Assembly (NCBI GenBank): GCA_951406725.2
Contig: OX597820.1
Location: forward strand, 86,800,001-86,864,000
Length of the DNA: 64,000 nt
Source: Octopus vulgaris
Taxonomy: Eukaryota
Reading direction: 5' to 3'
A program made the position numbers and the translations under genes. The notes below the pieces were generated by a model. That model was not told where the DNA came from. It was given only the letters and a program-made list of their open reading frames with translations, and ran no database searches. Shown here piece by piece: positions 1-12,595 of the stretch. Within the stretch, counting starts at the first letter, position 1, and each line of letters opens with the position of its first letter.

Positions 1-60
1 TGCCATTTCATTCATCTATGATCAATGAAATAAATCATTCAAGTACTGGAATAAGATGTT

Positions 61-96
61 ACACTTTTATCTTAGCCAAAAAGGCTGAGAAGCAAT
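61..96 (-). pseudogene. 3'-truncated U2 snRNA fragment (first ~35 nt)
   Basis: Minus strand reads ATTGCTTCTCAGCCTTTTTGGCTAAGATAAAAGTGT versus the conserved U2 5' end ATCGCTTCTCGGCCTTTTGGCTAAGATCAAGTGT; similarity stops after ~35 nt. Confidence 0.75.
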
Positions 97-179
97 TGTT
101 CAGTTCGAAGTTATTAATGCTTTCTGCCAACCGCTATCATTTTACAAGAAATATTTACTTTGCCTTCAATTTGATTTAA

Positions 180-376
180 CTCTTTAGCATTCAAGCCAAA
201 CATATCAGGCCCAAATAGTCTACCTGTTTTATGTTTAAACAGGCCATCTCTATAATATCATTCTACAAATAAACAATCACATCATCAAAGTCTCAGAGCT
301 ACAATATAATACATGATTGATACAAAACAACGTGAATAAGCATTACATTTGATAGGGTAATCCGAACGCTAAAGGA
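180..376. mobile_element. piggyBac-like MITE (~200 bp)
   Basis: TTAA|CTCTTTAGCATTC ... GAACGCTAAAGGA|CTAA terminal inverted repeats; same family at 43524-43737 and ~54450-54631. Confidence 0.6.
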
Positions 377-559
377 CTAATTTGAATTGCTTACAGCATT
401 AAGTGTACCAGATATTATTGGGTCATGAATGAGACATACCAACAGCAAGAAATGAGCAGATTACAGAAAATAATCCTATTTACTGAACTCATTTTCGTAA
501 GTTTGTATTTAAAGATATCATTTTACGAACTCTCAAAATTAAAATACCAAAAATACAGA

Positions 560-975
560 TCTTTTATCTCATTTCGATCATTGGATTGCAGCCATTCTGG
601 GGCACCGCTTTGAAGGGCCTAGTTGAATAAATCGACCCCTGCGTACTTATTTTATCGTTTTCTTTTTGCCGAACCGCTAGTTTACAGAGACATAGACAAA
701 CCAACACCAGTTGTTGTCAAACGGTGATGAAGAACAAGCACAAAGATACAGAAATATGTTGTTCCAGATCGACAAAAGCCTTGTGGATGGACTTGGTAAG
801 CAGAAACTAAAAGAATCCTATCGTGTGAGTGTATGTATACGACAAGATTCTTTCAGTTTCTTTCTGCCAAGTCCACTCATAAGGTATTGGTTGAACCGGA
901 ACAATAGTAGAAGACACGCAGTAGAACTGAACCCAGAACTTTGTGGCTGGAAACCAAACTTCTTGCCACACACCC
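560..975 (-). mobile_element. tRNA-derived SINE, family A (diverged)
   Basis: Shares CCGAACCGCTA, GTTGTCAA, CCACTCA and GAACTGAACCCAGAAC blocks with the copy at 13934-14333. Confidence 0.7.
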
Positions 976-1431
976 AGAGTTATTTCTATTACAAAATGGT
1001 AAAGCATAACAGAATACAAGGATTCAAAGATACTGAACTGTTTATGGTAAAGTAAATTGTTTATAATGACTCTGTTGGTTTTTCCCAAGAGCATAAACTG
1101 TACAAGAGCATTGAAATTAATTGAGGAGTACCACAATCTGATGAAGACAGATTGCTTACGTTGAGCAAGAGATATCATCACTGAGATTGATCCGAAGAGA
1201 TAACTGGTACTTACTCTATAGATCTCGAGGAGATTTCAACTCAGAACATAGAACGGTGTAACTAAACGCCACAAGGTATTTTGCCTGATACTCTACCGAT
1301 TCTACCAATTTACCGTTCTATTCAAACGTATATTGAAACCGTATCATTGTACGTGGTTATGTGGCAACCACTTTTGATATACAAGGTTGATTATAAATGT
1401 AAGTAATTGTGTATTGTGGAGATAATTTCTG

Positions 1432-1830
1432 AGGCAGTGAGATGGCAGAATCGTTACTTCCGCAGCGGCCCGGTGTGCGATAGTCGGATCGTAAAACTAT
1501 TTAAAGTTTGATCATTTTTACCCCTCGGGGTCAATAAATCGACTTACCCCCGCCCCCGAAATTACTAACCTTGTACCAAAATTTCAAACCATTATTCTTT
1601 TTATTAGTAATAAGGCAGCGAGTTGGCAGAACCGTTAGCACCCCGGGCCAAATATAAGCGACATTCCATTCGTCTTCACGTTTTGAGTTCAAATCCCGAT
1701 GAAGTCGACTTCGCTTTTAACCTTTTGGGGTCGATAAAAATGTACTAGTCAAGCACCAGAGTGGCGGGGTTGATGTAATCGATTTACCTCATCCCTCGAA
1801 ATTGCTGGCCTTGTGTCAAAATTTGAAACT
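1432..1830 (+). mobile_element. Two tandem SINEs, family B (Meta-domain-like)
   Basis: Heads AGGCAG(T/C)GAG(A/T)TGGCAGAA at ~1432 and ~1613; central GTCGACTT..CCTTTTGGGGTCGATAAA block shared with 10921, 14794 and 16604. Confidence 0.65.
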
Positions 1831-1902
1831 TTTATGAGAATACTTTCTATAACCATATTTATTATACCAGGTGTAACAATATTTGACGTTTATGCATCAG
1901 GT

Positions 1903-1971
1903 GGATCCATAACTCAGTTAGCGCACCCGTCTATTGTTTTGAGGCTGAATGTTTGAATCTCGATAGATCCT
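1903..1971 (+). pseudogene. Decayed tRNA (Thr-like) pseudogene
   Basis: GGATCCATAACTCAGTTAGCGC...GAGG...TGTTTGAATCTC..TAGATCCT aligns with the tRNA-Thr at 10267-10340; D-arm deletion and no intact anticodon arm. Confidence 0.5.
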
Positions 1972-2370
1972 AGTGATTCATTTTACGCCTCTTTTATAAG
2001 GTTAGATGTGTATTTTCGCGATTTTTACTGTGAGATTAAATAAGACGTTATATTTTTAATTGGGAAACCAATTAAAGCGGTTTCAATAAACAGCTTTGTT
2101 TGCGGTAGCATGTTGTTGTCAAGAGACAATCAGGTGCAGCATTGTTGCCTACCTGCAGCAACACGCAATTGAAATTAAATTAAACGTAGTTGAAAGTAAA
2201 TATATAAAATAAGATGTTACTTCCTAGAAGACTGGTTCTATAGCTCTATTAATAGGAATAGCAATCAGTGAATTTAGGAAAAGATTTCTAGAGTCTTCGG
2301 AGTCTTTAGTGCGCGCGTGCGTAGGTGTGTGTGTGTGTGTGAAATTAGAACATAGTAACTCCAGAGATTA

Positions 2371-2635
2371 GTGGATGCGCGTGGCTTAGTGGTTAGGGTG
2401 TCAGTATCATGATCGTAAGATTGCGGTTTCGATTCCTGGACCGGGCGACGCGTTGTGTTCTTGAGCAAAACACTTCATTTAACGTTGCTCCAATCCACTC
2501 AGCTGGCAAAAATGAGTAACGCTGCGATGGACTGGCGTCCCATCCAGCTGGGGAACACATATGCCATTGAAACCGGGAAACCGGGCCCATGAGCCTGGCT
2601 AGGTTTTAAAAGGGCGCATTTATTTATTTATTTAA
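2371..2635 (+). mobile_element. tRNA-derived SINE, family C (CORE-like)
   Basis: A-box TGGCTTAGTGG, B-box GTTTCGATTCC, CORE-like GTGTTCTTGAGCAAAACACTT, (ATTT)n tail. Confidence 0.75.
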
Positions 2636-3189
2636 CTCCAGAGTTTAAGTGCTTTAAACATGTTCATCATACGTTTACCCACTTAGAAATAAAATAATGT
2701 TTTCTTATAGTGACACAAAGCCTCACAGGTTTTGGTAGAAGGATTTACGCGATGAAATTAACTGTAGTGTATAACGAGTATTGATCGACCTTAGAAGAGT
2801 ATAATGCAAATTGAATACTGCGGAACTTGAACTCAGAAGGTAAAGAGAAATTTTTAAAAATTGCTTTACGTCAACAATTGTTTCTTTATGTGTACCACAT
2901 GAAGCAGTTCTTCTTAACAACAATAGTTGATAGGTAAGTTAAATGCCACTGATAAATATTAAGAAACGCAAAATCTATTCGCACACTTCCGTCTAATAAT
3001 TAACAGTTGTTGAGGATCTTTTCTATTTGGTTTCACGTTTTGAAATTTTGAAATTAAGTAATAATTTTCAAATTTGGTATATTGATGTAATTTTTCATGC
3101 TGAAACTAATGTTCTTATTCCCCATTTCCAGAAAAAAAATACTTTTAAAATGTTCATCCTTGTCAGGTGTCGCACTATGCGATGCTGTG

Positions 3190-3505
3190 GTCATCACGAT
3201 GTATTGCCACCTTCTCCTGTCCTCTACCCATGGACAGCTAAGAATAAAGACAATCCTGTGGTTGCGATGTCTTTCAACCAAGAAGTGGGTGGTCTGCCTC
3301 TTTTACGTCTGCCGTTTACCTTGCCAGTTATGATGTTTCGCCGAAGTGTCATCTCGCAACTGAGCTTTTCTAGTACCCAGCTGTTCGTCCTTCTCTCCGT
3401 CCATGATACTCTAAGGATTCTGCGGTAACACCACATTTCAAAAGCGCTCACTCTTTTCTCATCTACCTTCAACATTGTCCACGACTCGCAGTCGTACGTC
3501 GCAAA
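3190..3505 (-). mobile_element. RTE-clade LINE 3' fragment
   Basis: ORF 3224..3475 has AFEMWCYRRILRVSWTERRTN and GKVNGRRKRGRPPTSW, typical of the RTE ORF C-terminus. Confidence 0.85.
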
Positions 3506-4621
3506 GACTCATCTGTAAAAACGTTACAGCTATTTGAAGTTTGATCATTTTTACCCAATCAGAAAACAGGATTTGGAAGCTGGCATTTTGTGCATGATGA
3601 CATTACGACAAAACATTCAGCGATGGAATTTTAATAAGTTTTAATAAATAAAGTCATGTGAAATGTTGGGATTGGCATGTAATGCGAAAAATTATCAAAA
3701 ACTGAAAAAATTGAAACTGAACGTTCTGGCAGAATCGTTAGCACGCTGAACAACAAAACAAAAGAAAAGCTGTAATTCAATTCATGTAACGATCGAACTG
3801 TAAGAAAAGGCAGCTAAATTTTCTCCAAAAGATCACCCTAACGTCATAAAATGAGGAAGGGCATACTAAATTATGGTAGCCCTAAATAACTCTAAAATTG
3901 TGGGCGTTCGGCATTAGATTAGAATACTCCTTTTGATCATAGGTCTGCCCGATCAACTGCATCCTCTTCGGTTTTCATAAACGAAAGGTTACATGTATTA
4001 GTAGCAGGTAGGTAAGTAGAATACACAACGACTTGGCTTGTTACTTTAGTGTCCGTGGTTTTTTTGATCGGATAAAATTACCTAAAATTTGCAAACTTTA
4101 AAAGTTATTAACTTTTATTCATTAATTTAAGGTAAAAATGAATTCCATTTCCATAATTAGCGTACAAAGCCACATCAATACACCAAATTTGAAATCAATT
4201 GGGACAAAATTGAAGGAATTGAAAACCTGAAAGCCAAACAGAAAAATGTCTGTGACTTATCCATGGATTTTATATGATTTTATATGTTTATTAAGCATTT
4301 TCTATATGAATACCGTTCGATGAATTGTACCTGTAATTCCAGTCTTTTCACACTATGTCGCTGCCTCAGAAATACATTAACAGTATGTGAGTTTGAAGTA
4401 TGCAAAGCCTCTTTCACCTTAATTTAATTACGACGATCCATTAATAACGCTTTATATAATTTTTATTTACAAATGTATTCATAAACAATATGAGTAGATA
4501 TTTTTGTTATTTTTGTAAAAGTCGCAACAGACAATTAGTTTGCAATATTTCTTCCAGCCCCCCCCCCCCTTCCTCAAAAAATCAGGGATTGTGACACTAT
4601 TAGAAAGGATTATTGTCATTA

Positions 4622-5010
4622 AGGCGGCAAGTTTCTAGAATCGTTAGCAGGTCGGACAAAATGCTTAGCGATCTTCCGTTCGTCTTTTCGTCGAAGTCGA
4701 CTTTGCCGTTCATCTATTTGGGGACGATAAAATAAGTATTAGTTGAGCACTGAAGTCGATGTAATCAACTTGTCTCCTCCTACGAGATTTCTGGCCTTAT
4801 GCCTTTAGTAGAAAGGATTATTAAGACGGTGAGCTTGTAGAATTGTTGGCAAGCCAGACAAAATTCTTTGCAGCATTTCTCCCGGCTTTAAGTTTTCAAT
4901 TCAAATGCTACCGAGATCGACTTTGCCTTCATCCTCCCAAAGTCGAAAAAAATAAGTACCGGGTGAGTACTGAGGTGTCCCAAAATTTCAGGTCTTGTGC
5001 CTATAGGAGA
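4622..5010 (+). mobile_element. Two tandem family B SINEs
   Basis: AGGCGGCAAG..AGAATCGTTAGC and AGACGGTGAGCT..AGAATTGTT heads, each followed by the CGACTTTGCC.TTCATC block. Confidence 0.6.
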
Positions 5011-5245
5011 AAGAAAGAATTATTATCATCATTGTTTATAAGTATAAGTGCGGTTTATTACAGAAACGCCAGAGCTTTGTGATATTTGTTCCAGAACTGA
5101 GTTCAAATACTGCTAAGATCGTTTACCTTTTGTTCTTCTGGGGTTTGAAAAATTGAAATATTAGTCAAGTACTAGTATCAGTTTAATCAGTTAATTCTTC
5201 CCCACCCACCGAAATTTGTGGTCTTGTGCCTATAATTCCATAACT

Positions 5246-6070
5246 AGGCGTGGTTGGGTGGTAAGAAGTGTGCTTTCCAACTACATAGTTCTGGTTTCAG
5301 TTCCACTAGATGGTACTTTGGGCAAATGTCTTCAACGAATCTTTTCTATTAGGCTGCCACTTTTCAATTTCTTCAATTTTCTGTTCCAATTGATTTCATA
5401 TTTGGTGTAATTATGTAGTATTGTACGCTAATCATTGACATGAAATTTATTTTCGCTATAAATCAATAAATAAAGAGTTAATATCTTTTAAATTTTGCAA
5501 ATTTGGAGTAATTTTACACAATCGTAAGCCGCAAATACATTCATATCAAAACACGTGCTATTTTCAGTATGCTGACAACTCATGCAGTTACGCACAAAAT
5601 GACAGCTTCCAAATTCTGTTTTTTTTTTTTTATTGGGTAAAAATTATCAAATTTTAAGCCTCAATAACTTTTTTTTTTTTTTTTCTGGAAAAAGTTAATT
5701 ATTTCCTGAGATTCAGCATGGAAAATTACATCAATACACCAAATTTTAAAATTTTCACTAAACTTTGAAATTTCCACAGGTGCTGCCAAACAGAAAAGAT
5801 CCGTTTTCTACTGTAGCCTCGGCCCAACCAAAGCATTGTGAATGGATTTGGTAGACGGAAAGTGAAAGTAACCCGTCGCATATATACCGCTTGATAACCG
5901 ATGTTGATTTGTTTACATCCTCGTAACGTTAGCGGTTCGGCAAAAGAGACCGGTAGAATGTGTACTAGACTTTAAAAAAAAAATTAGAGCTGTAGTCGAT
6001 CTGTTCAACTAAACCCTTCAAGACGGTGCCCCAGCATGGCCACACTCCAATGACTGAAACTAATGAAAGC
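5246..6070 (+). mobile_element. Family A SINE interrupted by a MITE
   Basis: Head at 5246-5335; SINE sequence resumes at TTCTACTGTAGCCTCGG ~5806 and runs to the ATGACTGAAAC tail. Confidence 0.7.
5335..5804. mobile_element. Non-autonomous DNA transposon (MITE) nested in a SINE
   Basis: Terminal inverted repeats ACGAATCTTTTCTATTAGGCTGC / GCTGCCAAACAGAAAAGATCCGT; related sequence at ~3510-3600 and ~4060-4250. Confidence 0.6.
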
Positions 6071-6689
6071 ATAAGAGATATATGAGTGTGTGCGCACGTG
6101 TTTGAGAAGGTACCACCTCCACACACACACATACACACACACACACACACTGCCATTAGAGAATCACTCAAACCGTCTTATTCCATTATTGCACTTTTTT
6201 TTTTCTTTTCGCCCTCGTAATAACTACAGCTCCCGATCTCTCTCTTTCTTTCCCTCTTCTCTCTAAAATATTCCTAATAGCTAATAATCCAATGAACAAT
6301 GTTAAACAAACATTCTTCTCGTTGTCTTCATCCACTTCTAACTTAATCTGTCATTAAAAAAAAAATGAAAGACAATTTAAAAGAAATACTATAATACAGT
6401 AATAATAATATATTATTATGTCTTTTACTGTAGTTTTTTAATAAATATTTAGAACATGTTAACCCCCTTTGTTTGAACAATTGCTAACTCTTTTTCCTAT
6501 AACACATTAACCACTTTACAGTATTATAAAATTATTTTGCATCACTTCTTTTATTTTTTGTGTTATAGTGATTACATTCTTTCTTTTTGTTTTCCTTTTC
6601 GTTTTTTTTAATCGTATTTTTCAGTGTCTAAATATTTCTGAATATTTCTTTGTATACAAGAGGTAGATTATGCAAAGCAACGTATGAAT

Positions 6690-6954
6690 ACATACATGCA
6701 TATGTGTGTGTGTGTGTGTGTGTATGAATGTATATATGTATATACATATGTATGTATATATGTATATACATATGTATGTATATATGTATATACATATGTA
6801 TGTATATATGTATGCATGTATATATGATATGTATGTAAAGGAACATGAATGTGTGTGTGTAGAAGTGTGTGAAATATATGCACATATATGCATGTAGCAA
6901 GTACTATGTATATATGTATGTATCTATGTATGTATGTTTGCATGTATGTATAGA

Positions 6955-7001
<47 letters not shown>

Positions 7002-7011
7002 AACGTTTGAA

Positions 7012-7047
<36 letters not shown>

Positions 7048-7057
7048 AACGTTTGAA

Positions 7058-7099
<42 letters not shown>

Positions 7100-7172
7100 A
7101 ACGTTTGAATGAATATATATATATATATACATATACTACACATATCATTTATATACATATGTATACATATAT
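6690..7172. repeat. Compound (TG)n/(TA)n microsatellite with three AGGAACGTTTGAATGA cores
   Basis: Directly visible; accounts for the YI/HT-rich ORFs. Confidence 0.95.
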
Positions 7173-9912
7173 AGATTGTTAACGTAAATACATACTCGTA
7201 AATACACAGAATATTTGTAATAAAATTTAAATGCTAACAGAAATATTGGAAGACGGAAATTTACATACTTCTCTCAAAGGCTCACTGACATCCAAATATG
7301 TTCTCATTCAATGTAAACCTTTACACACTCACAGATGCATACCTTGAAACATTGATAAAAGACACGTATACGAGCTCATATTGTCACACACGCCCACATC
7401 TACCGCACTGGCATTCTCGTAAACATTACACAAACACATTCTCACTCTTTTGGAAAGCAATAGCTTAATAAAACATTTTATCTGTAACGGATGAAAACAA
7501 AGAAAATCAAAAACCTCGACAATACAAAGGCAACAACAATTACAGCATCAGCAACAGCAACAACAACAACTTCAAGAAGAACGTGGAATATGTTGAAGAA
7601 TGTGCTTGAGTTAAAGAGTGTTTTGTGCCAAAGAAGGTTGCTGCCAAACTGCCAGAAATCAAAGAGGATTAAAACATTTAATGGATGATTCTGCGATGAT
7701 TTTATGAACAAACGACATATTGCAGAGATTCCCTAAAAAGGTCTTACTGACCGACCGACCGACCAACCAACCAACCAACCAGCCGATCATCAAATAATCG
7801 GAACACATGACTTTCACGGGTAACAACTGGGTGTGATTGGCTCTTTGTGCGCGCGCGTGTGTGTGTGCTGTTCTGTTTCATGAATGTGTAGTAGTAGTAG
7901 TAGTAGTAGTAGTTGGTGGGGGGTGGGGGGGTAGTGGTAGTGGTGCTACTGTTGCTGCTGATGCTGATGATGATGATTGTTCGATTGCTTCCAAGCATGT
8001 TGCAACAATAACCATCTCGTCTTTTTGTTCAAACACATTATACATCGAGGACTAATACAATCGATTGACAGAATAATTTAGAGCGCTCGGCACATGATTT
8101 TCGGTGCTTATTCCGGTTCCCATGTTCGGAGATGGAGTCCCGCTGTGGGGTCAACTTTGTATTCTATTCTTCGGTGATTTATTAAATATAGTACCTGTCA
8201 AGTACTAAAATCGACTGCCCGCTCCACATTTCTGTATCCTTCTCTACTTTTCTCCCCCATCCCTCCCATCCTTCCCTTTCTCTCACGCCATGTACCTATC
8301 TATCTATCTGTTGTGGAAAAGTTGTGAGGCACAGCATACAGTAAACTTTCTACTCTAAGACAACCACTTCCACTCTATCAGGGTGGAAAAATGAGATCGA
8401 CGGGGCTCTGGCGAAAAGGGCATATGATGATGATGATGATGATGATGTTAATGACGAGAATGATGATGTTGATGATGATGGTGGTGGTGGTGCTGGTGCT
8501 GGTACTGGTGGTGGTTCTTAATTATTATTATTGAATGAGAGAGTAGTGCAAGCCATCAAAGTGACACGGGTAAAACATACGAAGCCCATGACTACCCGTC
8601 TGGTCCACCGTGACTACCCGTCTGATAAGGGTACACGAGGCACATGCATCACAATCATATGTGCGCGATATGGTGATTTCAGATCAAGATAAACAGCGCG
8701 TACCCTTTCAGGTGGGGCCCAGTTAGAGTTTTCTTTAGGTCGAGAAGCCCATCCTGCTCAAAAGATCTTTGAATAAGGTTTGTTTGAAGATGATGAACGA
8801 AACACCCATGTTTCCAAATGTGAATTATCCAAACTTCTAAGAATTCCTTTCAACACACGGCTATGATGCTCCTCCACTACCTCTACTCGTGATAAGAGAT
8901 GCTCATATCGTCAGCTAACAAGAGACATGCTCAACTAGCTATGGTCAAACAACTGACAAGCAAATCTGTGGCATTGAGGAAAATATTTGTTATATCTCAT
9001 CTTTTATACCAAGACAAAACATGTACATGATAACGCTTCCAATCAATTAAGATCAGAAGCCATGAGAGTCAGTGCCTGGTACTGTATTAGGGCACTATAA
9101 TTTTTTCATTGTTGTTGTTGTTGATATTTTCTCTTTATCATAGGTTTTGTAGGAGCTCCTGGAGTCTTGCATGCGTAGTGGGCTTACTACCTGCATCCTA
9201 TGGTACCATGCTATTCGTTCTTTTCAGCTAATACTTTCCTGATTATGATCATTAAAGTACGACGACCTCCACAATAACCAGACTTCAATTTGATTTTCTG
9301 TTCCTAAGTTAATTAGAAACATAGATTGACGTGCTACTCATAAACCTTCTCGGTAGTTCAATTATTTGGTGAAAAAAATACCACCAAAGCAACTTAAACC
9401 GTCCAAAGGACGGGTGCGTTTGCTAGTTAAATATAGAATATACACAGTATCTAAGGGAATATATAGCTATTTCGTGTAGCTGCTGTTATACTACACCTCA
9501 TTAATGACTTGTCAGTGAATATTTTATATTTAAATAAAATTTCAGTATTGTCTTCTCTGCCCGCGTATCACATGTGATACAAAGGACACATTTACTCGGA
9601 GTCTAAGCATCATATATGACACACATTGGCAATTTTTTTCAACCATTAGTGCATCTTGAGACTTATAAAAAGAAAGCATTATTTTATTCAAGGGATACTT
9701 AAATGAAAATAAGCATGGACGTTTAGGACAAAATGCTGTGAACAGGGAAAACGTTAATGATTTTTTTCTCATGAAAGGTATAATTTTAGTTAGCAGGCTT
9801 CGCAAATGTGCGAGCCCATTTTACTTTTCATATAACGAAAGATCTTATGTATCTTCACAGTTTATTATATGATAATGAAAATTGATAATTGGAGAGGAAA
9901 AAAACTAGGTTG

Positions 9913-9986
9913 AGACTCCAGAGAGATTCGAACACTCGACCTCCAGTTTACTAGACTGGCGCTCTAACCAACTGAGCTATGGAGCC
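9913..9986 (-). tRNA. tRNA-Thr (anticodon AGT)
   Basis: 74 nt GGCTCCATAGCTCAGTTGGTTAGAGCG CCAGT-CT-AGT-AA-ACTGG AGGTCGAGTGTTCGAATCTCTC TGGAGTCT; cloverleaf with a G2-U71 wobble; T7 terminator at 9898-9904 on minus. Confidence 0.93.
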
Positions 9987-10266
9987 ACATACCTTTTAGT
10001 CACATATTTAGACTTTATAAAGATTAAATGTTTATCCCTAACAATCTGAAAATGGCTTCAATAATTTTCATTATAATACGTGATTATTTCCTTCGTATCG
10101 ACAACCGCAAAACTTTCTTGACAAGTTTGTATTTAGAAATATAACCATTTACGATTTCTATCAGTTAAAAGAGGGAAAATTCGTAATTAAACACAGAAGA
10201 GATATTATTTCAGTACGGAGGTGACATAACTTTAGTGAAATTGTTAAAAGTATAACAAAAATAATA

Positions 10267-10340
10267 AGGCTCCAGAGAGATTCGAACACTCGACCTCCAG
10301 TTTACTAGACTGGCGCTCTAACCAACTGAGCTATGGAGCC
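10267..10340 (-). tRNA. tRNA-Thr (anticodon AGT)
   Basis: Same as 9913-9986 except a perfect acceptor stem GGCTCCA/TGGAGCC; T5 terminator at 10257-10261 on minus. Confidence 0.95.
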
Positions 10341-10704
10341 ACTTGCGCCAGCAGCTCCATACTTAAAGATAAAATAATCGGTTTGCACTTAACACAATAG
10401 ATATGGCTTTAGAAAGTATCTTCACAATACATGATTAGTCATAATAATGAATACTGTACCATGAGAGACTATCACACATCAGCATATAATGATACAGTTT
10501 ATACGGCTGAATAGGACGCTAAATCGGTGGAGTCTGTAGAGCATCAAACAAAATCCCTTGTGGTAGTTAGTTACACTACTTTATGTTCCGAGTTGAAATT
10601 TCACCGCGGTTTATAAAATAAATATCAGTCAGCTACTTTGATCGATCTCAGTGACGATGTCTCTTGCTGATATATGTGACCTTCAGTCTGTATCAGATCA
10701 AACT

Positions 10705-11447
10705 GTGAAGGTACGTGGCTTAATGGTTAGGAGTATTCGGTTCATAATCGCATGGTCGTGAGTTCGATTCTTGGTTGCGCATTGTGTTCTTGAGCAAGAC
10801 ACTCTATTTCACGTCGTTCCAGTCCAATCAGCTAGCAGAAATGAGTACTTCCTGTATTTGTCACATTCTGTGTCACGCTGAATCTCCCTGAGAACTACGT
10901 TAAAGGTATGCGTGTTAGTAAGGTGGCGAGCTGGCAGAAACGTTAGCACGTCGGGCGAAATGCTTAGCAGTATTTCGTCTGCCGTTACGCTCTGAGTTCA
11001 AATTCCGCCGAAGTCGACTTTGCCTTTCATCCTTTCGGGGTCGATTAAATAAGTACCAGTTACGCACTGGGGTCGATATACTCGACTTAATCCGTTTGTT
11101 TGTCCTTGTTTGTCCACTCTGTGTTTAGCCCCTTGTGGGTAGTAAAGAAATAGGTATTTCGTCTGCAATTACGTTCTGAGTTCAAATTCCGCCGAGGTCG
11201 ACTTTGCCTTTCATCCTTTCGGGGTCGATTAAATAAGTACCAGTTACGCACTGAGGTCGATATAATCGACTTAATCCGTTTGTCTGTCCTTGTTTGTCAC
11301 CTCTGTGTGTAGCCCCTTGTGGGTAGTAAAGAAATAGGTATGCGTGTTAGTGGAGTGCTCAGCCACTTGCACGTTAGATTCAAGGTGCAGGCTGTTCTGT
11401 TGATCGGATCAACTGGAACCCTCCTCATAGTAATCGATGGAGTGCCA
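10705..11447 (+). mobile_element. Family C SINE split by a nested family B insertion
   Basis: Head TGTGAAGGTACGTGGCTTAATGGTTAGG; body resumes after 11351; homologous in reverse to 17971-18291. Confidence 0.75.
10920..11335 (+). mobile_element. Family B SINE with duplicated body and 16-bp TSD
   Basis: TSD AGGTATGCGTGTTAGT at 10904-10919 and 11336-11351; the body starting GTATTTCGTCTG is present twice. Confidence 0.85.
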
Positions 11448-11654
11448 CCTATCAGATCAACTAATTTACTCCTCAAATAAGTTAATACTCTTACACCGTT
11501 GTATACTCTTGTGAAGAACTAACTACGTTGCCACTGATTATTTACCCCATTCTAAACACTGGGCCTTTGTGTCTAGTCAAAAGCAAACCAAATCTTGATT
11601 GAATACGAAATATTGATCACTTATTTTGTAAATATTTCTGAAATATTTCCTTTT

Positions 11655-11803
11655 TGGCGTGACTGTGTGATAAGAAGCTTACTTCCCAACTACATGGGTC
11701 TGGGTTCGGTTCCACTGCGAGGCACCTTGGGTAAGTATCTTCTACTATTGCGTCAGACCTACCAAAGCCTTGTGAGTGAATCTGGTGGACGGAAACTCTG
11801 TGT

Positions 11804-11841
<38 letters not shown>

Positions 11842-12042
11842 TTGTGTTTGTCTCTCACTGTCGCTTGACAACCGGTGCTGGCTTGTTTACGTCGCTGTAA
11901 CTTAGCGGTTCCGCATAAGAGACCGATGGCGTAAAATCTCAGGCTTACAAAAAAAGTACTGGCGTCGATTTGTTCGACTTTACCCTTCGATGCGGTGCCC
12001 CAGCATGGCTGCAGCTCAGCCTCTGAAACAAGTAAAAGATAA
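11655..12042 (+). mobile_element. Family A SINE with internal (TG)n
   Basis: Head GGCGTGACTGTGTGATAAGAAGCTT, GGTTCGGTTCC box, tail CTGAAACAAGTAAAAGATAA. Confidence 0.8.
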
Positions 12043-12296
12043 GAGATGACCCAGACTTCACTAGGGGACTGAAGCTGGAGATAGTACCCCCAACTTACAT
12101 TGAACAAATTACTTCCTGAATGTCAAAAGAATCTTTGAGTCTCGCCATGCTGTTGACAATCAGTTAATTTGTGCTTAGAGAAAGAATGCACCCACTAAAA
12201 TACCTAAGTCCAGGTAATTAACTCTTAGGAGACGAGAGGGACGATCCATCAGTCGAAAAGTCGAATGACGAAGAAGACTGTACGCCATATACCCAC

Positions 12297-12367
12297 GTGC
12301 ATATGGCATAGTGGTTAAAAGCGCGGACTACTAACCCCAAGATTCCGAGTTCGATTCCAGCCAGTGA

Positions 12368-12433
<66 letters not shown>

Positions 12434-12595
12434 TAATAACAACAACATCGAAAAATACCTTAGGAATGAGAACCCAGGTTCGAAATTTCCCCAAGACACC
12501 TGATGAAGGCTGGAGGGTATATCAGCCGAAACGTTGTGTTAACAACAAACAAGATAAGGACAAATATCAGTCAATTGTAAATAATATAAATAAGA
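12297..12595 (+). mobile_element. tRNA-headed SINE-like element with (AAT)n spacer and Penelope-type hammerhead tail
   Basis: A-box TGGCATAGTGG 12304-12314, B-box GTTCGATTCC 12349-12358, (AAT)n ~12372-12437, hammerhead motif 12495-12540. Confidence 0.65.
12495..12540 (+). ncRNA. Minimal type I hammerhead ribozyme motif
   Basis: Stem I GACAC/GTGTT, core CTGATGA, stem II GGCTG/CAGCC, GAAA, palindromic ACGT stem III, GUU cleavage triplet; the architecture described for Penelope-like elements. Confidence 0.7.

Noticed and set aside
2371-2445. tRNA-like sequences at SINE heads (also ~10708, ~12297, ~18291)
   Set aside because: No closed acceptor stem and they run directly into SINE bodies, so they are not tRNA genes.
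6960-7130. Three identical AGGAACGTTTGAATGA repeats with spacers, CRISPR-like at a glance
   Set aside because: Spacers are pure (TA)n, there are no cas genes and the context is eukaryotic; this is a slippage-amplified microsatellite.
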